Assembly: GCA_963729505.1 (NCBI GenBank)
Contig: CAVSOA010000001.1
Location: forward strand, 14,342-78,341
DNA length: 64,000 nucleotides
Direction: 5' to 3'
From: an uncultured Solirubrobacterales bacterium
Lineage (GTDB): Bacteria > Actinomycetota > Thermoleophilia > Solirubrobacterales > 70-9
The notes below the pieces were generated by a model. It ran no database searches. It saw only the letters and a list, made by a program, of their open reading frames with translations, and was not told the origin of the DNA. Position 1 is the stretch's first letter. Each line of letters opens with the position of its first letter. This document shows positions 36,680 through 45,140 of this stretch, in pieces. A program made the position numbers and the translations under genes.

Positions 36680-37861
36680 CTACAGCCCCAGCTGCTTGCC
36701 GAGGATCTCCTTCATGACCTCGTCGGTGCCGCCGCCGATGGGGCCGAGGCGGGCGTCGCGGACCGCGCGCTCGATCCCGTACTCGCGCATGTATCCGTAG
36801 CCGCCGTGGATCTGGAGGCATTCGTCGGCGACCTCGAGCATCGCGCGCTGGGTCAGAAGCTTCGCCATCGCGACCTCCCGGATCACGTCCTCGCCGGCGA
36901 CGTAGTCCCGTAGCGCCGAGTAGGTGAGCGAGCGACACGCCTCCATGCGGGTCGCCATCTGGGCGACCTTGTGGCGGATCACCTGGAAGTGGCCGATCGG
37001 CCGCCCGAATGCCTGGCGCTCGAGCGCGTACGCGACGGTCACGTCGAGCAGGCGCTTCATCCCGCCGACGGCCCCGAGCGACATCAACAGCCGCTCCCAG
37101 GCGAAGTTGGACATGATCAGGTAGAAGCCCCGGTTCTCCTCGCCGAGAAGGTTCTCGTCGGGCACCTCGACATCGGTGAAGGCGAGCTCGCCCGTGTCGG
37201 ATGAGTGCCAGCCCATCTTCTCGAGCTTCGAGACCACCTCGTACCCGGGCATGTCGCGCTCGAGGATCAGGAAGGAAATGCCCTGATGCCCGCCCTCCTC
37301 GGTGGTCTTGACGGCGCATACGAGGAAGTCGGCGCGCACGCCGTTGGTGATGAACGTCTTCGAGCCGTTGACCACGTAGCCGCCGTCGACCTTCTTGGCG
37401 AAGGTGCGGATCGCGGCGACGTCGGATCCGGCGCCCGGCTCGGTGATCCCGAGCGCAGCGATCCGCTCGCCCTTGATCGCCGGGCGCAGGAAGCGCTCGT
37501 GCTGGTCCGGCGTGCCGAACTTGAACACGGGCGGCGTGGCGATCCCGGTGTGCGCTCCAAGCCCGGCGCCGACTCCCCCCGATGCGCCCGCGGCGGCCAG
37601 CTCCTCCGCCCACACGGCGTCATGGACGTAGTCGCCGCCCTGGCCGCCCAGCTCCTCCGGGTACTTGAGACCCAGGAAGCCCAGCTCGCCCGCGCGGGCG
37701 TAGAGCTCGAGCGGGAACTCCCGGGCCTCCTCCCACTCATCGACGTTGGGAGCGATCTCGTCGCGGACCCAGCGCCCGATCGACTCGCGCAGCTGCTCGT
37801 GCTCCTCGGTGAAGGGTGGGACGAGCGCCCTGGAGCCGCTGTCCTTGACGACGGTCGACAT
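36680..37861 (-). CDS. Acyl-CoA dehydrogenase
   Basis: Intact 393-aa ORF. Motifs: LGITEPGAGSDVAAIRT, NGSKTFITNG, FGRPIGHFQVIRHKVAQM, IHGGYGYMREYGIERAVRDARLGPIGGGTDEVM. Confidence 0.9.
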   Translation of the reverse strand: MSTVVKDSGSRALVPPFTEEHEQLRESIGRWVRDEIAPNVDEWEEAREFPLELYARAGELGFLGLKYPEELGGQGGDYVHDAVWAEELAAAGASGGVGAGLGAHTGIATPPVFKFGTPDQHERFLRPAIKGERIAALGITEPGAGSDVAAIRTFAKKVDGGYVVNGSKTFITNGVRADFLVCAVKTTEEGGHQGISFLILERDMPGYEVVSKLEKMGWHSSDTGELAFTDVEVPDENLLGEENRGFYLIMSNFAWERLLMSLGAVGGMKRLLDVTVAYALERQAFGRPIGHFQVIRHKVAQMATRMEACRSLTYSALRDYVAGEDVIREVAMAKLLTQRAMLEVADECLQIHGGYGYMREYGIERAVRDARLGPIGGGTDEVMKEILGKQLGL

Positions 37862-37872
37862 CGGCGGCGATT

Positions 37873-38331
37873 GTGTCAGGATCGCGCCCCCCTTCGGTGG
37901 ACCCGCTCGATCACATCCGCTCCTACTACCGTGCGCTCAACACGGGCGACACCGACCTCGTCGCCTCGCACTTCACCGACGACGCAGTGCACTACTACAC
38001 GCGCCTCGGGCCCCACGAGGGCGCGCGGGCCATCGCGGAGAACGCGACCTGGGCGGTGGAGACGATCGACGGCCAGTGGTGGTTCGAGCACGGGATGGCC
38101 GACGGGGACGAGGCCGTGATCGAGTGGACGATGACCTGGCGTGACCCGAAGTCGGGCGACAAGCGCCTCAACCGCGGCACGGAGTGGTTCCGCCTGCGCG
38201 ACGGTCGGATCGCCGAGGTGCGCGCCTACCACCACGGCGACCGCAAGAACCCCCAGGGCGACCTGCTCGGCTTCGACCACGAGGGCCGCGGCTACTCGAC
38301 GCTCGAGGGGGGGACGGGGCCCGGGGAGTAG
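37873..38331 (+). CDS. NTF2/SnoaL-like domain protein
   Basis: Intact ORF. Motifs: IRSYYRALNTGDTDLVASHFTDDAVHY and GTEWFRLRDGRIAEVRAYH. The start could instead be GTG 37897. Confidence 0.65.
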   Translation: MSGSRPPSVDPLDHIRSYYRALNTGDTDLVASHFTDDAVHYYTRLGPHEGARAIAENATWAVETIDGQWWFEHGMADGDEAVIEWTMTWRDPKSGDKRLNRGTEWFRLRDGRIAEVRAYHHGDRKNPQGDLLGFDHEGRGYSTLEGGTGPGE

Positions 38332-38522
38332 GGCTCCGGAGCGGTCGGTCGTCCGCCGGCCGGGTTGGGGCTGGGTAGGGGGAGCTGGGATCGACTGAAC
38401 GATTTTGGGTGCTATGGCACCCCAAAGTGCGCAATCGTTGGCTCGTCCGCCGCTTCGGCGCCGATCACTCTCCCTCACTGCCCCTCGCGGCTCCGCCGGG
38501 GCGCGGACGGCTCTCGGGAGGC

Positions 38523-38934
38523 CTAGGCGATCGGTACGCCCGGGTCCCCGAAGAGCAGGAACCAGATCGTGCAGACGAGCGCGACGACGAGCGTGGCGGC
38601 GGCGGCGATGTCCTCGATCGAGTTGGTCTCGGACGGGCCCGTCTTGCGCTCCGCGGAGAGGCTGCGATTCCACTCGTGGCGGACGGGGCCTTCGCTTGGG
38701 GAGATCCGCTCCCGGACCCAGGCGAAGATCGTCAGCAGCAGCGGCGTAGGAGAGGACGATCCCGAGCAGCGCTACGCCGAGACCGCCAAGCGAGGGGGCG
38801 GTGCCGCCCTGGAGCTGCGAGCCGATCCAGATCCACAGGAACGGGATGCCGGCCCCGAAGATGATCACGGCGACGATCGCCACCACGATGCGAAGCAGTG
38901 TTCCGATCGGGCGCAGTGCGGCCATCCCGCTCAC
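38523..38934 (-). pseudogene. Small two-TM membrane protein, GTGA-coupled to the TetR gene (one frame change near 38750)
   Basis: ORF 37876-38934 N-terminus reads MAALRPIGTLLRIVVAIVAVIIFGAGIPFLWIWIGSQL..GLGVALLGIVLSYA. A second frame then gives ..IEDIAAAATLVVALVCTIWFLLFGDPGVPIA* and ends at TAG 38523-38525. Confidence 0.45.
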
Positions 38935-39581
38935 CTCACCGCCGCCTGGCCGCCGGCAGCCACCCGCCCCAGTTGGGAGCCGAGGGTTTCGGGCGTCCAG
39001 CCGTCCTCGCTGAGCAGGGCGCGCGCTCCCGACTCGGCGAGACCGACCGTGAGGTGCCCGAGCAGACGCGCCTGGCGATCGAGCTCGTCGCTCTCGCCGT
39101 CGCCCAGGAGTGGGCGGGCGAGCATCGAGACGGCCTCCACCTGCCGCTCGCGGCCGCGCTGGATGCGGTGAGCGACGGCGGCATTGGCTCCCTCGCCCAG
39201 GAAGATCACGCGGTAGGCCCGCGGTGAGGCCTCGACGGCGCGGAGGAAAGCGATGAGGCCCTCCGTGAGCGCCGAGCCGAGGTCGCCCTCGGTCGCCGCC
39301 GGAAGCGCCGCCGCGATCTCGGTCAGGACGCGGTCCTCCTCGCGGCGAAGCAGCGCGTTGAAGAGCTCCTCCTTCGACGGATAGCAGGCGTAGATGACCG
39401 GCTTGGTGACGCCGACGGCGCGCGCGACGGCCTCCATCGACGTGCCCTCGTAGCCGTGGTCGAGGAAGAGCTCGAAGGCCGCGTCGAGGACCATCGGGCG
39501 ACGCCGCTCGGGCCCGAGGTGGGCGGCCCGCGGGTGGCTGGGGGCCTTGCTCTTGAGGGCTGGGGGCTCGATCGAAGACAT
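38931..39581 (-). CDS. TetR-family transcriptional regulator
   Basis: Intact ORF. HTH: RRPMVLDAAFELFLDHGYEGTSMEAVARAVGVTKPVIYACYPSKEELF. Confidence 0.85.
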   Translation of the reverse strand: MSSIEPPALKSKAPSHPRAAHLGPERRRPMVLDAAFELFLDHGYEGTSMEAVARAVGVTKPVIYACYPSKEELFNALLRREEDRVLTEIAAALPAATEGDLGSALTEGLIAFLRAVEASPRAYRVIFLGEGANAAVAHRIQRGRERQVEAVSMLARPLLGDGESDELDRQARLLGHLTVGLAESGARALLSEDGWTPETLGSQLGRVAAGGQAAVR

Positions 39582-39585
39582 CGTA

Positions 39586-39624
39586 TTCCTACTTATGGTA
39601 GCGTTTTCCTACCCACAGTAGGAA
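39586..39624. promoter_or_regulatory. Two tandem operator-like inverted repeats (TTCCTAC-N5-GTAGGAA type) in the TetR/SCP2 divergent intergenic region
   Basis: Read from the sequence. TTCCTAC(39586-92)-ttatg-GTAGcg is imperfect. TTCCTAC(39606-12)-ccaca-GTAGGAA(39618-24) is perfect 7+7. The repeats start 20 bp apart and are AT-rich in a GC-rich context. Confidence 0.5.
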
Positions 39625-39645
39625 CCTTGCCCAGGGAGGCACCCG

Positions 39646-40143
39646 ATGACCGAGACCACAGACACCGCCGAGACCGCCGACGCCGCCCCCGTGGTGGGCG
39701 CCGATCTCGCCAACATCGACGCCGGCCAGCTCGCGGCCCTCGCCGCCGGCGCGACCGACGAGCAGCTTGCAGAGGGGATGTCCGATCCCGCCGCGCGCCA
39801 GTCGATCCTCGACGAGATCTTCCGCCGAATGACAGATCACATCGACCCGGAGAAGGCCAAGGGCACGGATGCCGTCCTTCTCTGGAAGATCACCGACAAG
39901 CCCGGCGGCGGCGAGGACACGTACGAGGTGACCCTCAAGGACGGCCAGGTGAGCGTCTCCCAGGAGCCGACCGCCGACCCCCGCGTGACGTTCGTCGTCG
40001 GCCCGGCCGCGTTCCTGCGCCTCGTCTCCGGCGCCCAGCCCGGCCCCGTCCTGTTCATGGCCGGCAAGCTCAAGATCGAGGGCGACCTCATGTTCGCGAG
40101 CCAGGTGGCCACCATGTTCAAGATCCCTCAGGCGGGCGCGTGA
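39646..40143 (+). CDS. SCP2 sterol/lipid-carrier domain protein
   Basis: Intact ORF. Motif: AVLLWKITDKPGGGEDTYEVTLKDGQVSV..PRVTFVVGPAAFLRLVSGAQPGPVLFMAGKLKIEGDLMFASQVATMF. Confidence 0.75.
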   Translation: MTETTDTAETADAAPVVGADLANIDAGQLAALAAGATDEQLAEGMSDPAARQSILDEIFRRMTDHIDPEKAKGTDAVLLWKITDKPGGGEDTYEVTLKDGQVSVSQEPTADPRVTFVVGPAAFLRLVSGAQPGPVLFMAGKLKIEGDLMFASQVATMFKIPQAGA

Positions 40144-41416
40144 TGGCCGCCACCGACACCGCCGAGCAGCAGGTCGCCGCCGCGATGGCGGGCTCCGCCG
40201 AGTCGAGCTTCTCGATGGAGCTCTCCCAGGACCAGCTCGACATCCGCGACTGGGTCCACGGGTTCGCGGAGAGCGTCGTCCGCCCGGCCGCCGCCGAGTG
40301 GGACGAGCGCGAGGAGACGCCCTGGCCCGTGATCCAGGAGGCCGCCAAGATCGGCCTCTACGGATTCGAGGGACTCGCGCAGTTCTGGGCCGACCCGTCC
40401 GGCCTCACCCTGCCGATCGTCAACGAGGAGCTCTTCTGGGGCGACGCCGGGATCGGGATGTCGATCTTCGGCACCTCGCTCGCGGTCGCCGCCATCTTCG
40501 GCAACGGCTCCCCCGACCAGCTCGCCGAGTGGGTCCCGCAGTGCTTCGGCACGCCGGAGGATCCCAAGGTCGCCGCGTTCTGCTCCTCGGAGCCCGACGC
40601 CGGCTCCGACGTCTCGGCGATCCGGACGACCGCCAAGTACGACGAGGCGACCGACGAGTGGGTCCTGAACGGCCAGAAGGCATGGGCCACCAACGGCGGC
40701 ATCGCCGACGTCCACGTGGTGATCGCCTCCGTCGACCGCGAGCTGGGCTCGCGCGGGCACGCCGCGTTCGTCGATCCCGCCCGGGACGAAGGGCCTCGAG
40801 CAGGGCGCCAAGGTCAAGAAGCACGGCATCCGTGCCTCGCACACCGCCGACGTCCACATCGACGACTGCCGGATCCCGGGCAGCTGCCTGCTCGGGCGGC
40901 AAGGAGAAGCTCGACGAGCGCCTCGCCCGGGTTCGCGAGGGCCAGAAGGCCAAGTCGCAGGCCGCGATGCGCACCTTCGAGCTCTCGCGCCCGACGGTCG
41001 GCGCGCAGGCGCTGGGCATCGCCCGCGCCGCCTACGAGTACTCGCTGGACTACGCGAAGGAGCGCCAGCAGTTCGGCAAGCCGATCATCGAGAACCAGGC
41101 GATCGCGTTCACCCTCGCCGACATGGCGGTGGAGATCGAGGCCGCCCGGATGCTCGTCTGGCACGCCTCATGGATGGGGCGCGCCGGCAAGGACTTCGAC
41201 TCGGCCCAGGGCTCGATGTCGAAGCTGAAGGCCGGCGAGGTCGCCGTGTGGGTGACCGAGCGCGCGATCCAGATCCTGGGCGGGAACGGCTACACCCGGG
41301 AGTTCCCGGTGGAGCGCATGGCCCGCGACGCGAAGATCTACACGATCTTCGAGGGGACCTCCGAGATCCAGCGCCTGGTGATCTCGCGAGCGATTTCAGG
41401 CGTCCACATCAAGTAG
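40143..41416 (+). pseudogene. Acyl-CoA dehydrogenase (two frame changes, about 40770 and 40900)
   Basis: TGATG junction with the SCP2 gene. Pieces lie in ORFs 39456-41228 and 40298-41416. Motifs: AAFCSSEPDAGSDVSAIRTTA, NGQKAWATNG, FGKPIIENQAIAFTLADM, ILGGNGYTREFPVERMARDAKIYTIFEGTSEIQ. Confidence 0.85.
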
Positions 41417-41426
41417 GGAGATCCCC

Positions 41427-42403
41427 ATGAGCTCAGCAACCGCGGCCTCCGCGGTCACACATCGCACGCCCACGCCCGAGATCCGGGACGAGACCATCGA
41501 GCTCCACGGCCACCGTGTGAGCTACAAGATCGCGGGCGAGGGACCCGTCGTCGGGCTGATCCACGGCATCACCGAGAACGCCGAGAGCTGGCGCGACGTG
41601 ATGCCCCGGCTCGCGCGCCACTACACGGTGATCGCCGGCGACCTGCTCGGCCACGGCCGCTCGGCGAAGCCGCGCGGCGACTACTCGCTGGGCGCCTACG
41701 CCAGCGGCATGCGCGACCTGATGGGTGCGCTCGGCTTCGAGCGCGGCACCGTCGTCGGGCGCTCGCTGGGCGGCGGCATCGCGATGCAGTTCGCCTACCA
41801 GTTCCCCGAGTACACCGAGCGGATGGTTCTGGTCTCCTCGGGCGGGCTCGGCCGCGAGGTCCATCCCCTGCTGCGGGCGGCAACCCTGCCCGGCGCCGAG
41901 CTGGTCCTGCCGCTGATCGCGCCCGGCTGGGCCGTCAGCGCGGGCGAGGTCGCCGGCCAGGCGCTCGGCAGGGTCGGTCTGCACGTGCGCTCCGACATCG
42001 CCGAGATGGCCCGCGGCTACGCATCGCTCAACGACTCCGAAGCCCGCGAGGCCTTCCGCCACACGCTGAAGGCGGTGGTCGAGCCCGGCGGCCAGCGGGT
42101 CAGCGCCCTGGACCGCCTGTACCTGGCGGAGGACATCCCCGTGCTGTTGGTCTGGGGAAGCGACGACCCGATCATCCCCGCCGCTCACGGCAAGGCGGCG
42201 AACGCGTTGATCCCCAACAGCCGCTATGTGGAGTTCGAGGGCTCGGGCCACTGGCCGCAGCTGGACGACCCGGAGCGCTTCGCCGACACGCTGATCGACT
42301 TCATCGAGACAACCGAGCCCTACGAGTTCGAGCTCGAGCGCATGAAGGATCAGCTCCGCCGGGGGCCCACGGCCGACTCAGGGCGGCTCGCCGGTCGGCG
42401 TAG
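41427..42403 (+). pseudogene. Alpha/beta-fold hydrolase (the true stop is probably lost to a late frame change)
   Basis: ORF 41427-42602. Motifs: VVGLIHGITENAESW, VVGRSLGGGIAMQ (GxSxG), GSGHWPQLDDPERF. After about 42360 the translation turns Arg/Ser/Pro-rich and overlaps the next gene. An f2 TAG lies at 42401-42403. Confidence 0.75.
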
Positions 42404-42412
42404 GCTTCGTTC

Positions 42413-42883
42413 GTGGCCGACATCCGCAAGCAGATCTCGGACGCCGCGTCGGTGGTCACAGTGCCGGCCGCCCTCACGCGGAACGTGGGTCGGGCGACGG
42501 ACGCGATCATCGACATCCGCGACCAGCTGGCAGCCATGGCCGGGTTGCCGCAGGACATCCTCGAGCAGCTCCGCGCCATGCAGGAGCTGGCGGCGCAGAT
42601 GAACCAGACAGCGCAGGAGCTACACGCCATCGCCGAGCCCATGCTTCAGACCGCACAGGGCATTCAGGCCCTCGCTGAGCCGATGCTGGAGATGGGCCGG
42701 GCCGCGACGACGGCGGCCGAGCAGGCCCGCGACTCCGTCGAGCGCACGAACAAGCTGATCGAGCAGTCACTGGAGATCGCCGCGCCGATCCAGGGCCTCA
42801 CCGAGCGCGCCGTCAGCCTCCGCGACCGGCTGCGCGGCGACCGTCCGCCGGACCCGCACGGACCCGGACGAGCCCGCCGCTAG
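42413..42883 (+). CDS. Helical repeat protein of unknown function
   Basis: Intact 156-aa ORF starting at GTG, with an internal repeat AIAEPMLQTAQGIQALAEPMLEMG. It is Ala/Gln/Glu-rich. I recognise no family. Confidence 0.45.
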   Translation: MADIRKQISDAASVVTVPAALTRNVGRATDAIIDIRDQLAAMAGLPQDILEQLRAMQELAAQMNQTAQELHAIAEPMLQTAQGIQALAEPMLEMGRAATTAAEQARDSVERTNKLIEQSLEIAAPIQGLTERAVSLRDRLRGDRPPDPHGPGRARR

Positions 42884-43339
42884 CCGGGCGTGAGCGGCCG
42901 GTCGCCGATCCAGTAGCGCGGCCCGGGGCCGAAGCCGGCGGCTCGGTCGCCGGGGTTCGCGAGCTTGCAGCGCTCGAGTGAGAGGCAGCCGCACCCGATG
43001 CACTCCGTGAGCCCGGCCTTGCAGACGCTCGAGCTCGGCGATTCGGTCGTCGATGCGTGCGCTCCACCCGCTGGAGAGGCGCGCCCAGTCGCGACGCGTG
43101 GGGGCGCGGTCCGGCGGCAGCTTGGCGAGCTCGTCGCCGATCTCCTCGAGCGTCAGGCCGACGCGCTGAGCGAAGACGATGAAGGCGATGCGGCGCAGCA
43201 CCGAACGCGGGTAGCGGCGGTGCCCGGAGCCGGCCCGCTCGGACGTGATCAGGCCCCGCTCCTCGTAGAAGCGAAGGGCGGAGGAGGCGACGCCGCTGCG
43301 CCGCGCGACCTCGCCGATCGTGAGCTCCTCCGACGGCAT
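42880..43339 (-). pseudogene. soxR: Redox-sensitive MerR-family regulator SoxR (one frame change near 43020)
   Basis: ORF 42767-43339 reads LTIGEVARRSGVASSALRFYEERGLITSERAGSGHRRY. After the frame change it reads GLTECIGCGCLSLERCKLANPGDRAA, which is the [2Fe-2S] CIGCGCLSxxxCxxxNP motif. Stop is TAG 42880-42882. Confidence 0.85.
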
Positions 43340-43367
43340 CGGGACAAGAAAATCACAGATTCGGCGC

Positions 43368-43398
43368 TTGACTTCAAGTTAACTTGAACTTGTAGTCT
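43368..43398 (+). promoter_or_regulatory. SoxR-type promoter: -35 TTGACT, 19-bp spacer containing a 16-bp perfect palindrome, -10 TAGTCT
   Basis: TTGACT is at 43368-73. TTCAAGTTAACTTGAA at 43373-88 is a perfect palindrome. TAGTCT is at 43393-98. GAGGAGG and ATG 43426 follow. The site is divergent from soxR. Confidence 0.75.
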
Positions 43399-43425
43399 CG
43401 CTGGGACAATCGAAATCGAGGAGGA

Positions 43426-43761
43426 ATGAGCATGAGCACGACGCAGACCGCCAGCGAGCGCATCACCGAGGAGGTCACGGCATGGCCGGGCGTCACGGCG
43501 GGGATCGGCGAGCGCGGCGAGTACGGCTTCACCGTCGACGGCCATCAGATCGGCCACCTGCACGGAGACCGCGTCGCCCACTTCGGCTTTCCTCGCGACG
43601 TCGGCCAGGCGCTGCGTGACGAGGGCCGCGTCGGCCCGCACCCGGTGAACCGACACTCGCCGAAGATGGCCTCGCGGGCGTTGGAGAGCGACGAGGACGT
43701 CACCGACGTGATCGCCCTGATGCGGCTGAACTACGACCGGGTGACCGGCGCCGCCGCGTAG
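43426..43761 (+). CDS. Small conserved protein (DUF5519/luciferase-domain-like, tentative), predicted SoxR target
   Basis: Intact 111-aa ORF. Motif: EEVTAWPGVTAG..GEYGFTVDGHQIGHLHGDRVAHFGFP. The family name is recalled, not searched. Confidence 0.5.
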   Translation: MSMSTTQTASERITEEVTAWPGVTAGIGERGEYGFTVDGHQIGHLHGDRVAHFGFPRDVGQALRDEGRVGPHPVNRHSPKMASRALESDEDVTDVIALMRLNYDRVTGAAA

Positions 43762-43840
43762 CCGCGGCAGGAGTGGCACCCCGCGCGCCGAAGGTCGCAC
43801 CAGCACTCAGCATTCAGCGACTCAGCGCGAAGGGGAAGAC

Positions 43841-44242
43841 ATGGAAGGCAAGGCAGCGGGCAAGAGCGACTCGGGATGGGCGGCATTCGCGGGGTGCCTG
43901 ATGTTCCTCGTTGGGTCCCTGGATGCCCTGTGGGGCCTCGGAGCGATCCTCAACGACGACATCGTGGTCGTGGGCGGCGAGGGCGCCCTGATCGCCGACA
44001 TCACCCTCTGGGGCTGGGTTCACCTCGTCCTCGGCGCGATCGTGGCCATGACCGGGGTCGGGCTGCTGACCGGCCGCGGCGGCGCGCGATGGCTGGCCGT
44101 CTTCTTCATCACCGTCAGCGCGATCTCGCACATCGTCTGGTTCCCGGCGGCGCCGCTGTGGGCCTTCATGATCATCCTGCTCGACGTGGTCATCCTGTAC
44201 CAGCTGACGGCTCGCTGGGACCAGCAGGCGTACTGGGACTGA
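43841..44242 (+). CDS. Integral membrane protein (4 predicted TM helices)
   Basis: Intact ORF. Hydrophobic segments: WAAFAGCLMFLVGSLDALWGL, WGWVHLVLGAIVAMTGVGLL, WLAVFFITVSAISHIVWF, LWAFMIILLDVVILYQL. Confidence 0.6.
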   Translation: MEGKAAGKSDSGWAAFAGCLMFLVGSLDALWGLGAILNDDIVVVGGEGALIADITLWGWVHLVLGAIVAMTGVGLLTGRGGARWLAVFFITVSAISHIVWFPAAPLWAFMIILLDVVILYQLTARWDQQAYWD

Positions 44243-44267
44243 CCCTACGCCGCGACGAGCGGGGCGA

Positions 44268-45140
44268 TCAGCCGTCGCGGAGCTGCGGCGGGAGGGTGTC
44301 GATCAGGTCCTCGGGGTCGGCGTGCTCCGGTAGCTCGTCCAGTTCGTCCTGGTCGAGCGCCAGGCAGATCCGGCAGAAGTCCTCGCCGAACGGCGTCAGG
44401 TGGATGCTGCGCCGGATCACCTTCGCGATCCGGACGGACTTCGTCGCCTCGAGGACGTCGGGCTGGGCCTCCAGCACCTGGTAGGGGACGGGGTCGTGGA
44501 GCGTCTCGCGCGAGAACCAGACGAGCCCCATGCGGTTGAGGTTGTTGAGGTACTGGGGCACCCGCAACGGATACCGGCAGCCCGGCCCTCGCCCCGATCA
44601 TCGTGAACCCCTGCGCGATCAGGTGGGAGTTGAGAAGCGCAAGCGGCCCGCCGGTCCGGACGTCGACCGAGGGCTGCGGCCCCTCGATCATCATCAGCCG
44701 CAGGATCCGCGCCTCGTCCGGTGCGAGCTCGTCGAGCATCCGCTCGTAGGCGGGATGGGCGTTCTCCTCGTAGTTCACGTCGCGCGAGCGCGCCAGGATC
44801 GCCGCGCCGCGGTCGCGCAGCGCTGCCCACTCCTGCGTCTGCTCGTCGTCGCCGGTCGGCTGCGAGGACGTGCCGGCGTCCCGATCGCCGGAGATCTCCT
44901 GCGCGGCGTCGCGCAGCGCATGCCGCACGCTGTCAACGAACTCGGGTGCGGTCTCCGGGCGGGCGGCGACGCGGATCAGGCCCAGGCCCGCCTTCGCGTA
45001 GCTGCGAATCGCCCATTCCGTCGTGTGCCACCACGCCGACGCGGCCAAGCGGGCCATCCCGGGCAGGTCGTCGATCGTCGCCGCGGCCGTTGTCCTCGTG
45101 GCGACTCGGTGGGCTCGTGCGATTCGGTGGGCTCGCTCAT
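44268..45140 (-). pseudogene. DUF4393/Abi-alpha-like protein (tentative; at least 2 frame changes)
   Basis: ATG 45140 forms an ATGA overlap with the upstream gene's stop. Pieces lie in ORFs 44976-45218, 44245-45057 and 44268-44567. Motifs: HPAYERMLDELAPDEARILRLMMIEGPQPSVDVRTGG, VPQYLNNLNRMGLVWFSRETL. Confidence 0.4.

Noticed and set aside
45103-45138. An 18-bp tandem duplication (15 of 18 identical) at the 5' end of the Abi-alpha-like gene, encoding EPTESH-EPTESP.
   Set aside because: It is real, but it is a trivial two-copy low-complexity duplication in an N-terminal tail. It has no regulatory or mobile-element features.
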